A DNA stretch of 63,966 nucleotides, the filler included, from Craspedostauros australis (lineage: Eukaryota), in assembly GCA_030167865.1 (NCBI GenBank). It is 6 parts of 6 records of this genome, joined end to end, with 100 filler letters (N's around TTAATTAATTAA, not from the genome) between each part and the next. Parts side by side here need not be neighbours in the genome. Positions count along the whole stretch, not along the records: positions 32,142 to 54,970 come from JALAGF010003468.1; 5 more parts are not named here. The stretch is one strand, 5' to 3'. Each line of letters starts with the position of its first letter. The stretch's first letter is position 1. The notes beneath the pieces are model-generated. The model was not told where the DNA came from, searched no databases, and saw nothing but the letters and a program-made list of their open reading frames with translations. Shown in pieces: positions 32,210 to 40,004 of this stretch. The position numbers and the translations under genes were made by a program.

Positions 32210-35200
32210 TCAACCTCCGACATAAAACGGCCTAACCCGACCCATGATGAGGTCGGTATGTCGATGGAACAAGACAATCGACGTCTGTTTGGTGCACACG
32301 TCCGACGCATTCAGATCCGAAGCCACGTCCGCGATGAGTATGAGATCACGCTCCACCCAGTCGCAGACTGCAAACGTGCGAATGTCGATGTGCCTTGAGT
32401 TCTTCGTGGGCTGGCTGGCATTCGCCATCATCCGAGCTCCCCTGTTATCCTCGTAAAGAAGCGTGGCGTGCTGTTGGGGCACGCCAATTTCGTCGAGGAT
32501 TGAGCGGAGCCAGAGTGCCATCCTGCCAGCATCGCTGGCCGCAACAAACTCGGCCTCAGAGCTGCTGAGAGCAATGGTAGGCTGGATCCGAGTCTTCCAA
32601 GCAATGGCAGCGCCGCCAAAGAGATATACGATGCCAGTGGTCGACCGCCGGTGGCGCGTGTCGGAGCCCCAATCCGCGTCAACGTACCCGTACAAGGACG
32701 ACGCCTGTATGGTGTCTTGGTCAGCCACCTGGTGCGACTTGTCAGCAGAAGGGGACATTCGTCGCGGATCAGGAACCTGAGGTAGCTGCAGAACCGGCTG
32801 TGCACGCCAGTAGGTGATGCCATGTGTGCGAGTAGCAGCCACATACCGAAAGAGATATTTCACAGCCTCGTAGTGGATTCTGGCAGGGTTGATGGAGAAC
32901 TGACTGAGCTTGACAACCGGAAAGGAGATGTCAGGTCTGCATGACACCATCGCCCAGATGAGTTCACCGATAGCCTGCCGATAGCTGAAAAATTCAGACT
33001 GAAGTGCAGCACGCTCGCCATCGTCATCAGGACCCACACCTTGGTCAAGCTTGCGGATATACCCACTGTCAGACCGCATGGGAAGGCGTTGCGATGACCT
33101 CAGGTCACTCCAATCGTGGCGTGCCAGCACTTTGTTGATATACGTAGTGCAATGGACAGTGATGTGATGGCGCCCCTGCGTAAGGTCCAGGCCATTGTAG
33201 TGAGAGAAAATGCCATGACGTGTGATAGGTTGACGCAGCCGTTGATCGAGCATGTCGCAAAAGACTTGGAACGAATGTTCCATTGCCGTCGCAACAGCAA
33301 AGTCGTCCACTTGCCGTAGGACGTAGAGCTTGTGCCCATCAATGGACCCAGTGTATAGGCACGGAGCATGAGTGGTGGCAGCAAACCCCATCTCCTTGAG
33401 CATCCCATTAACGTGGAGACTCCACTGTCGAGGTGCTTCCGGGTGGCCCTGCAAGTTCTTGAGAACAGGCACCACTGCATTGCGGCCAAGGTGAACCCCA
33501 TGTTTGTGTTGCCACCAGCTGCGAAAGGGAGCATCCGCACGCATGTAGTACCGCTGAGCACTGGCGGGTGCCTCTGCAAAAGCATTCGCAACATCCGCAC
33601 CAAAGACAAGGAGCCCTTGAATAGCAGCAATTGCCACCAGGAGCCTGAATTCGGTGAGATCAGGTGTCGCCGCATAAGTATGGCCAAACACTCGGACGCT
33701 GCCGCCGCGGGTGGATCCGTCGCAAACTGCTCGAGCCTTCTTGCGATTGTTCTCGTGCGTTTTGACCACGTAGACCCAGACCCAATTGAAGATGGCAGCA
33801 TCGCGCGGCGCGTCAACAGGAGTCCCAAACATGCCTTGATGATGATACTGATCCAACTGCTTGAACTCAGCCTGTTGCCATTCCTCCCAGTCATCACGTT
33901 GAAGGAGCATTCGGCGGCTCAGCTTGGGAGCTGCATGCACCTGATTCGCCGCAGGCTGCACATCATCAAGAATCCCGCGAATATGCCGGAGCTGATCAAA
34001 GTACAGCTGAGGGACCCCTCGCTGCGACAGCGCATTGCGCACCTCATCAAAGGCGAAGATGGCGTCGCACTGAGTCAAGCCACCCTTACGAGCATTGGCC
34101 ACAGCGAGAGCGAGGTCTTCCATGGTGTGCACCGGGCTGTCATGGAACTGCAGCAGATGCGCATTCCGCATGCGAGTGCGCCAGCGAGGAATGCGCGCAG
34201 CTTTGGACCCTGGACGGCACCGCACCAGCTGCAGACGGCCGCGAGCGTCATCGTAGGAAAACTCCAAGCCAGCCGTGTCATCGTCGCCGGTGATGTCGAT
34301 GGTCTGAGCAAAAGCAAGGTCGAACGGATCACCTGCCATGACAACAATGTCCGAACTGGGCGATGCCGGAATAGAACAGGCAGCAGCCGCAGCATGGATA
34401 TCATCTGTGTCGCGAGTGATGGACTCGATGCACTCAAGAGGTAGACTGGTGCGACCTGGTTCATGTTTGTCCGGTACCTTGACACCATCAGACTCGACTT
34501 CCATCTCGAAGCCAAGCTCGAAGAGCAATTGAGGTCCAGGTGGGCGCTCAGTGGAAGAGAAGTGAGCCTCGTCAAAGACGATGTTGCCCGCAGTCTTGAT
34601 CCGTCCTGAGTCCAGGTCGTAGTACTCATGAAGCGATGGAGTAGCTGTGTGCCCCACAAATATGCCATCATAAGTGTGCACATCCAGCTTGGCTGCGGGA
34701 TACCCAGGTTTGCGAACCGTCACACGTGATCCAAACACCCGCAAGTGACTGACGTCGGGCTTCACACCATGTTGGAGCTCGTAGGGTGTAGCGTCGATGG
34801 ATTTGTGCCACAAGCGGTTCTTGATATACACGGCATGTACAAGAGCTCTGGCCCAGAAGCGCGGATGAAGTCCAGAGGAGTACAGCAGCGCTCGAGTCAT
34901 GACACCAAAGGTGCGGTTGAGACGTTCCACCTTGCCGTTCATCCACGAGCAGCCAGCACCGGTGGGTTCGAGGTTGTACCCAGCAGACTGTACAATCTCT
35001 TGGAACGCACTGGACCGAGCGAGTTCTCCACCGGTGTCGACTCGCACCGCACGGTGACCATCGCGCCGCCCAAAGTCGCGCAAGAGCTTCGAAAAGATGT
35101 CCACAGGCGGCGACCGATCCTTGGTGGGGAATACCCACGTGTACCGAGTGTATGCATCTGTCACCAACAGGTAGGATGTGAATCCCTCCAACGACTGGAC

Positions 35201-36160
35201 CACACGATGATGCTTGGCGCTGCCTCGAGACGAAGACCGACCATATCGGGGACCAGAAGACCGCATGAACCCAAAATCCGCATGGAAACGGGCACCAGCG
35301 ACGGCCACCACATCAGGATCGTTGGGCCCATGCGCTGCCTTTTGCCGCTGCGCCTGACTGCAAGCAGTGCAATGACGCATGGGATGAGCACCTTGGGACA
35401 GCCGCGAAGGTAACCCAGTGCAGTGCTTGGGCAACTGAGCAAGCTGCTGCATGCCAGAATGACCCAGCCGCATATGCCAAAGTTCAGCACGCAGTGCAGG
35501 TGAAGATCCTTGCAGCGCAAACGCCGTGGGAGCACGGACACCACCATCATCGAAGAAGTAGAGGCCATTGTGCTGTCGCATGGTAGCGGACACAGGTGCA
35601 CCAGGTCCACAAAAGGTGATGGTGGCATCGTGCAGACCACAGCTGAGAACAAAGCGCTCGAAGTCGTTGTCAGTCTGTCGGACGACCGCCTGAGGCGAAA
35701 TGAGCGTAGTGGACAGCCCAGGGCAGTACATGGCCTCAACGTGGATGACCCCACCATCATCATTGGGGACGTAGATGACGCCACCCCCAGGGCATGTCAT
35801 GCACGGCGACCCAGCATTGGCAGCGGCGAGCAGCACAGGCTGGGCATACTCCCGGTACCGGCTGATGATGGACCGCTCAGGCGTGGCGCTGACGTTGGCG
35901 CCAACATCGCACTGTCCAGGACCGCCACCAGGATCCCACGCACGCTCAGGACCACTCGAATGCCGGGCAGAGTGGACGCGACACGCATGTGCAATGGCAA
36001 CGCTGGCCATCTTGATTGGCGGAACGCCAGCGTAAGCAGGTATGGTAAGCGCGGACACCCCACCAGAGTGATGGCCTGCATGTGCCCCGCTGCGACGATG
36101 CATGAGAGAACGCCGTTCATCAGGAGATGCATCTACTCCTGACCGGCGGACCAAAAATCC
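32210..36160 (-). CDS. pol: Pol polyprotein (protease, integrase, RT, RNase H), in the -1 frame relative to gag
   Basis: PR CDVGAN; IN HMRLGH...CTAC, HADFG, VDTGGE, NGKVERLNR; RT KARAVCDG, ADVANAF, LRQVDDF; RH YVDADWG, SSEAEF, YEDNRGA, RHIDIR. Confidence 0.95.
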   Translation of the reverse strand, partial: GFLVRRSGVDASPDERRSLMHRRSGAHAGHHSGGVSALTIPAYAGVPPIKMASVAIAHACRVHSARHSSGPERAWDPGGGPGQCDVGANVSATPERSIISRYREYAQPVLLAAANAGSPCMTCPGGGVIYVPNDDGGVIHVEAMYCPGLSTTLISPQAVVRQTDNDFERFVLSCGLHDATITFCGPGAPVSATMRQHNGLYFFDDGGVRAPTAFALQGSSPALRAELWHMRLGHSGMQQLAQLPKHCTGLPSRLSQGAHPMRHCTACSQAQRQKAAHGPNDPDVVAVAGARFHADFGFMRSSGPRYGRSSSRGSAKHHRVVQSLEGFTSYLLVTDAYTRYTWVFPTKDRSPPVDIFSKLLRDFGRRDGHRAVRVDTGGELARSSAFQEIVQSAGYNLEPTGAGCSWMNGKVERLNRTFGVMTRALLYSSGLHPRFWARALVHAVYIKNRLWHKSIDATPYELQHGVKPDVSHLRVFGSRVTVRKPGYPAAKLDVHTYDGIFVGHTATPSLHEYYDLDSGRIKTAGNIVFDEAHFSSTERPPGPQLLFELGFEMEVESDGVKVPDKHEPGRTSLPLECIESITRDTDDIHAAAAACSIPASPSSDIVVMAGDPFDLAFAQTIDITGDDDTAGLEFSYDDARGRLQLVRCRPGSKAARIPRWRTRMRNAHLLQFHDSPVHTMEDLALAVANARKGGLTQCDAIFAFDEVRNALSQRGVPQLYFDQLRHIRGILDDVQPAANQVHAAPKLSRRMLLQRDDWEEWQQAEFKQLDQYHHQGMFGTPVDAPRDAAIFNWVWVYVVKTHENNRKKARAVCDGSTRGGSVRVFGHTYAATPDLTEFRLLVAIAAIQGLLVFGADVANAFAEAPASAQRYYMRADAPFRSWWQHKHGVHLGRNAVVPVLKNLQGHPEAPRQWSLHVNGMLKEMGFAATTHAPCLYTGSIDGHKLYVLRQVDDFAVATAMEHSFQVFCDMLDQRLRQPITRHGIFSHYNGLDLTQGRHHITVHCTTYINKVLARHDWSDLRSSQRLPMRSDSGYIRKLDQGVGPDDDGERAALQSEFFSYRQAIGELIWAMVSCRPDISFPVVKLSQFSINPARIHYEAVKYLFRYVAATRTHGITYWRAQPVLQLPQVPDPRRMSPSADKSHQVADQDTIQASSLYGYVDADWGSDTRHRRSTTGIVYLFGGAAIAWKTRIQPTIALSSSEAEFVAASDAGRMALWLRSILDEIGVPQQHATLLYEDNRGARMMANASQPTKNSRHIDIRTFAVCDWVERDLILIADVASDLNASDVCTKQTSIVLFHRHTDLIMGRVRPFYVGG
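36097..36160 (-). promoter_or_regulatory. putative -1 programmed ribosomal frameshift signal (slippery site plus pseudoknot)
   Basis: G_GAT_TTT in the gag frame, 6-nt spacer, stem GCCG-GTCAGGAG / CTCCTGAT-GAA-CGGC, loop GATGCAT complementary to downstream ATGCATC; same layout at 62786-62849. Confidence 0.8.
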
Positions 36161-37839
36161 AGGTCGAGCGAATGAACGACGTCATCGGACACCAGAAGAT
36201 CCTCAACTCGGGCGTCCTCAACAGTGCCGAAGCGCTGGATGGCACGAGCAGTAGACTTGAACTTGTCAGGGCCAAAGTGTTCGCGGTAGCTCTCGCGAAT
36301 GCGCCGGGCATCGTCAGGATGGTCGGCCACATACTGGATGAGGTGAGCAGTGCGCCCAAACATCTTGCACGTGGCGGCCCGGTGGCCCATAGAGCAGCAC
36401 GCCTCGCAGTATGCACCCGGATCAGGCTTGTAGAACGCATGGCGTGGGCGCTCAGGGCGTTGGCCACGTCCACCATCGCGCGGAGCCCGTTGGGACCGGG
36501 TTTGAGCACGATGAGCAAGTGGTTGCACGCCAGATCCAGGAGGATCCGGAATCTCCTGAGCAAGCTGCTCAATGTGGAGATTGAACGGCAAGGACTTGGG
36601 CGAGGTCACGGAGCGAATGGCCGTGCGGTAGTGATCAAGGGAGTACCCATGAGACCGGAGCTCCTCAAGGAAGAGACGGCTGACCTCCATGTCGGTCACC
36701 GTACGGTGAAAAACGAGTCCTTCCACATGCTGGAACCCAAGGAGGCGAGTGGCAAACTCAGACACAGACCCCTCGAAGGTGGGATGCTTGTGGACCTGAG
36801 ATTGCACCTGGTCGAACGCCCCAGCAAGGATCTTGTGCAGGAACATGTACGCCGACAGCTGGTGGGGAAGAACACCAAAACTGCCAGCATACTTGAGCTG
36901 CAAGCCGGCATGGCTGGAATTGATGACGCCATCAGCTTGAAGCTTGACAACGAGCTTGGAGTTCATCTCGAAGACGCGGCGACCCACCACATTGCCAGGG
37001 ATGACCGACAGATGGGGTCGGAAGAGATCCAAGGGGCAGACGTGGAGATCGACGCAGAGAGCCGCTGCCTGGAACTGAGCATACCACTGGAAGACTCGAT
37101 GCGGATCGTCATCCACAAGCTTCAGCGCCCACTTATCCCAAGTCTGTTGGGCGCCGTACTCAAGGCGATCAAGAGAAGGGCCAATGTGGTAGGTGTCATG
37201 GCGGCGGAGCGACGGACTGGCATTGGCAAGGCCGTAGGGAACTCCAGATGCCGTGATGTAGTCGAAGTCCTCGCCCCCAGCAGCACACCACTCAGGAGCA
37301 TCACCAGCGGCAGGAGACGTCGAAGACTCAGGCACGCGAGGAGCATCCGAGGGCAGCGCGTCGACACCATCAGTAGGCGTAGCAGGTGTCATCTCACCCT
37401 CTAGCACCACTGGGAGCGCGTCACCGCCGTCACGGGCACGGTCATCGCCACTGGCACGGTCGTCGTCAGTAGGAGTAGGCGGAGTGCTTGTCGCAGGGGC
37501 GCGGCGGCCCTGGGATGGAGCGAACGCCTCAGGAATTACACGCTCCTTGCGAAGGAAGGACCGAAACACCCGTGGGGTGATCTCGCCGGCCCAACCATCC
37601 GAATCGGCATGCAGCACGTACCACGCGCGAAGTTTCCACATGCCACGGATGCGAACCCCATCATCGTCGCCCCACGCAAGCATGCGCTGATGGAAGAGGT
37701 CATCGGGGGAGTCGAGAAGATCGCACAGCTCGCCGTCAGTGGCAAGACCAAGGGCCTCGAGCATGGAGTCGAACCAACGCCAACCGAGCCGCTTCGAGAT
37801 GGTGTGAGCATCAGAAAGCACGTCGTCGTCGGAGGTCAT
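36133..37839 (-). CDS. gag: Gag of the Copia element (568 aa)
   Basis: Zinc knuckle CEACCSMGHRAATC (CX2CX4HX4C); lies directly upstream of pol; homologous to the ORF at 62822-63966. Confidence 0.9.
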   Translation of the reverse strand: MTSDDDVLSDAHTISKRLGWRWFDSMLEALGLATDGELCDLLDSPDDLFHQRMLAWGDDDGVRIRGMWKLRAWYVLHADSDGWAGEITPRVFRSFLRKERVIPEAFAPSQGRRAPATSTPPTPTDDDRASGDDRARDGGDALPVVLEGEMTPATPTDGVDALPSDAPRVPESSTSPAAGDAPEWCAAGGEDFDYITASGVPYGLANASPSLRRHDTYHIGPSLDRLEYGAQQTWDKWALKLVDDDPHRVFQWYAQFQAAALCVDLHVCPLDLFRPHLSVIPGNVVGRRVFEMNSKLVVKLQADGVINSSHAGLQLKYAGSFGVLPHQLSAYMFLHKILAGAFDQVQSQVHKHPTFEGSVSEFATRLLGFQHVEGLVFHRTVTDMEVSRLFLEELRSHGYSLDHYRTAIRSVTSPKSLPFNLHIEQLAQEIPDPPGSGVQPLAHRAQTRSQRAPRDGGRGQRPERPRHAFYKPDPGAYCEACCSMGHRAATCKMFGRTAHLIQYVADHPDDARRIRESYREHFGPDKFKSTARAIQRFGTVEDARVEDLLVSDDVVHSLDLDFWSAGQE

Positions 37840-37978
37840 GTTGGAGCGAAGCGAAGGGAAGAGGAGAAGGGGCAGGGAAGAGATACCACTGAGTGTAAGG
37901 GAATGGAACGTCCTTGAACACAAAGCGCGAGGAGAGGAGAGCGCGAAAGGCTATAACCTGTCAGTATCTGAGGGGAAC

Positions 37979-38000
37979 TGTGTGTGTGTGTGTGTGTGTG
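37979..38000. repeat. (TG)n microsatellite
   Basis: About 11 TG units. Confidence 0.9.
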
Positions 38001-38117
38001 GATGATTACTAATGTGATTTATGACCGGAAGGGACGATCTCTTCTGTGCTGTCCTGTGATTGCCACGGCGTCTGTCATCGTCCGTGGGCAGTATGCCAAC
38101 AGAGACATCAAAAGAGG

Positions 38118-39812
38118 ATGATTGGCGCCATCTGCATCGCGTGCATGGTGGTGGCAACGAACTCACTGTCATCACCATCCCCATCATCCCTGTCATCCCC
38201 ACTCCAGCGCAGAAGCATTAGCATCAGTAGAAACAGCAGCAATAGGAGTGGGAGTGGAAATGAGAGTCGCCAACCAATACGGAAGGTCGCAGTCATCGAT
38301 GGTGGCATCGCCGGTCTCTCCTTGGCGCATGCCTTCGAAAACAACAACGGCAACGATGCACACATCATTGATGTGAAATGCTTCGATGCGAGACCAGAAT
38401 TGGACGTCATCGCAGGTGCGGGTGTGCAGCTCAACGGTGGCATGGCGGCATGGCAACATGGCAGTGCTGAAGCAGATCTATCCGTCCCTGTCCCCGTCAC
38501 TGTAGCGTGCAGCATACAGCATACAGCGTGCGGTGACCGATGGCGCGCTGCCGTTGACGACCGTGCGATCCAAGACCACCAGCTAGATCTCATCCAACGA
38601 GGAGGTCCAGCTGCTGCACTTCAATCTCAGACAGATGATCATGGATGCGAAGTGACGCCACGACGAAAGCGCTGATCCAGGAGGAAGGCGAGGTCATGGC
38701 GTACCATCCTCCATCATTCGAGGAGAGTTGCAGGAGGTGCTGCTGGAGAAGCTGAAGACGACACCCGTGCATCTTGGCAAGCAGGTGATGAATGTGGAAT
38801 ATGAAAAGACGGAGGCGTGAGATGCCATCCATCTTTCGTTTGAAGATGGAACGAGAGGAGGGCCGTACTGGTACGACATGGTGGTGGGCTGCGATGGTGC
38901 CAACAGCGTCGTGAAGCAGTACATCAACGGCGATGCGCGGTCGTCATCAGACAATCAACGCAATTCGGTGGTTGTGTACTCTGGCATCCGCATCCGGTAC
39001 GCCATCCAGGATGTCGCCAAAGAGGACAGCGATAGTAGCAGCGGCAGCACCAGCGACGACGGAACGAACACAATAGCACAAGATTCCGTCCTGCAGCAAC
39101 ACTTTGGCAACTGCGCCTACTGCCTCGCTGGAAACTGCGGTAATGGTATCAAGCGCGGCACCACCCGATGCTGTCCCATCATCTTCCGCAATGCCTTGCC
39201 CTTCTCCAAGCCCGCCATCAGCAAGGATGATGAGAATGTCACTTGGAAGGCATGATCCGAGGCCGAACGCATCCAGCAACAGATGCGACAGCAGATCGAT
39301 GATGCCAAGATCCCAACACACACCACAAGGCCCATCATCTATCGACTCATGGGTAATGCCGATCGCTTCTTCACGTTGGGGATCTACCTCCACAATCCGT
39401 TTGCGCGATGGACCAAGGTGATGGTGGCCACCAGCGGAAATCGCAACCGCAATGGAGGCACCGGCGCACGCCATGCCACAGTTTCTTGGACAGGACACCA
39501 ATCAATCCATCCAAGACGCCTACTGTTAGGCCAACGCCATCCAGCAGTACACCATGCAGTACAATGAACAAGCCAATGGTGGGAACAGCCTCCAAGACAT
39601 CCTGCAGACAGAATACAAGGACAAGCGATGGTCCACCACCATGGACATCATGGGCATCACGACCACCACAGCCAAGGCTGATTGGTCTGCTGGGATACCT
39701 GGAGGCCTCATCGGGACCGTTGACCAAGTTCCGGGACGTGTCCTTCTTCATCGTGGACAAGACGGGTGTTGCGAAGAAGATCTTTCTGGATGCTGCCGTT
39801 CGGAGGATATGA
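38118..39812 (+). pseudogene. FAD-dependent monooxygenase (aromatic hydroxylase / zeaxanthin epoxidase-like) pseudogene
   Basis: KVAVIDGGIAGLSLA (damaged GxGxxG), GAGVQL, YDMVVGCDGANSVVK and HAMPQFLGQDTNQSIQDAY in different frames, with stops and frameshifts. Confidence 0.75.
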
Positions 39813-39968
39813 GAATGTGTGGAAGAGTGCGAAATCGCGCTGTGATGCAGGTAGATTATGTGGACGGCTTTCGCTTGTTGGTGATGGACCAACCATACTC
39901 GAACGATCTAGACATTCCATGCTTCTCACCTACCACAACACACAATCTCAATCACAAGCAAACACATG

Positions 39969-40004
<36 letters not shown>

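Larger units (their letters stand above)
32142..37960 (-). mobile_element. Ty1/Copia LTR retrotransposon (diatom CoDi-like), intact internal region
   Basis: Domain order Gag-PR-IN-RT-RH; G8 polypurine tract at 32149-32142 at the contig edge; PBS-like CA|GGTTATAG at 37958-37951; LTRs not delimited. Confidence 0.95.

Noticed and set aside
35797..36132. TAG-ATG coupling after gag as readthrough or reinitiation
   Set aside because: That frame closes after 111 codons, does not encode Pol, and the ATG is absent in element 2.
36127..37404. 425-aa antisense ORF, and similar ones at 33368-34444, 29378-30295, 43007-44140, 45922-46899 and 9565-10584
   Set aside because: Shadow ORFs opposite GC-rich real genes, with no recognisable motifs.
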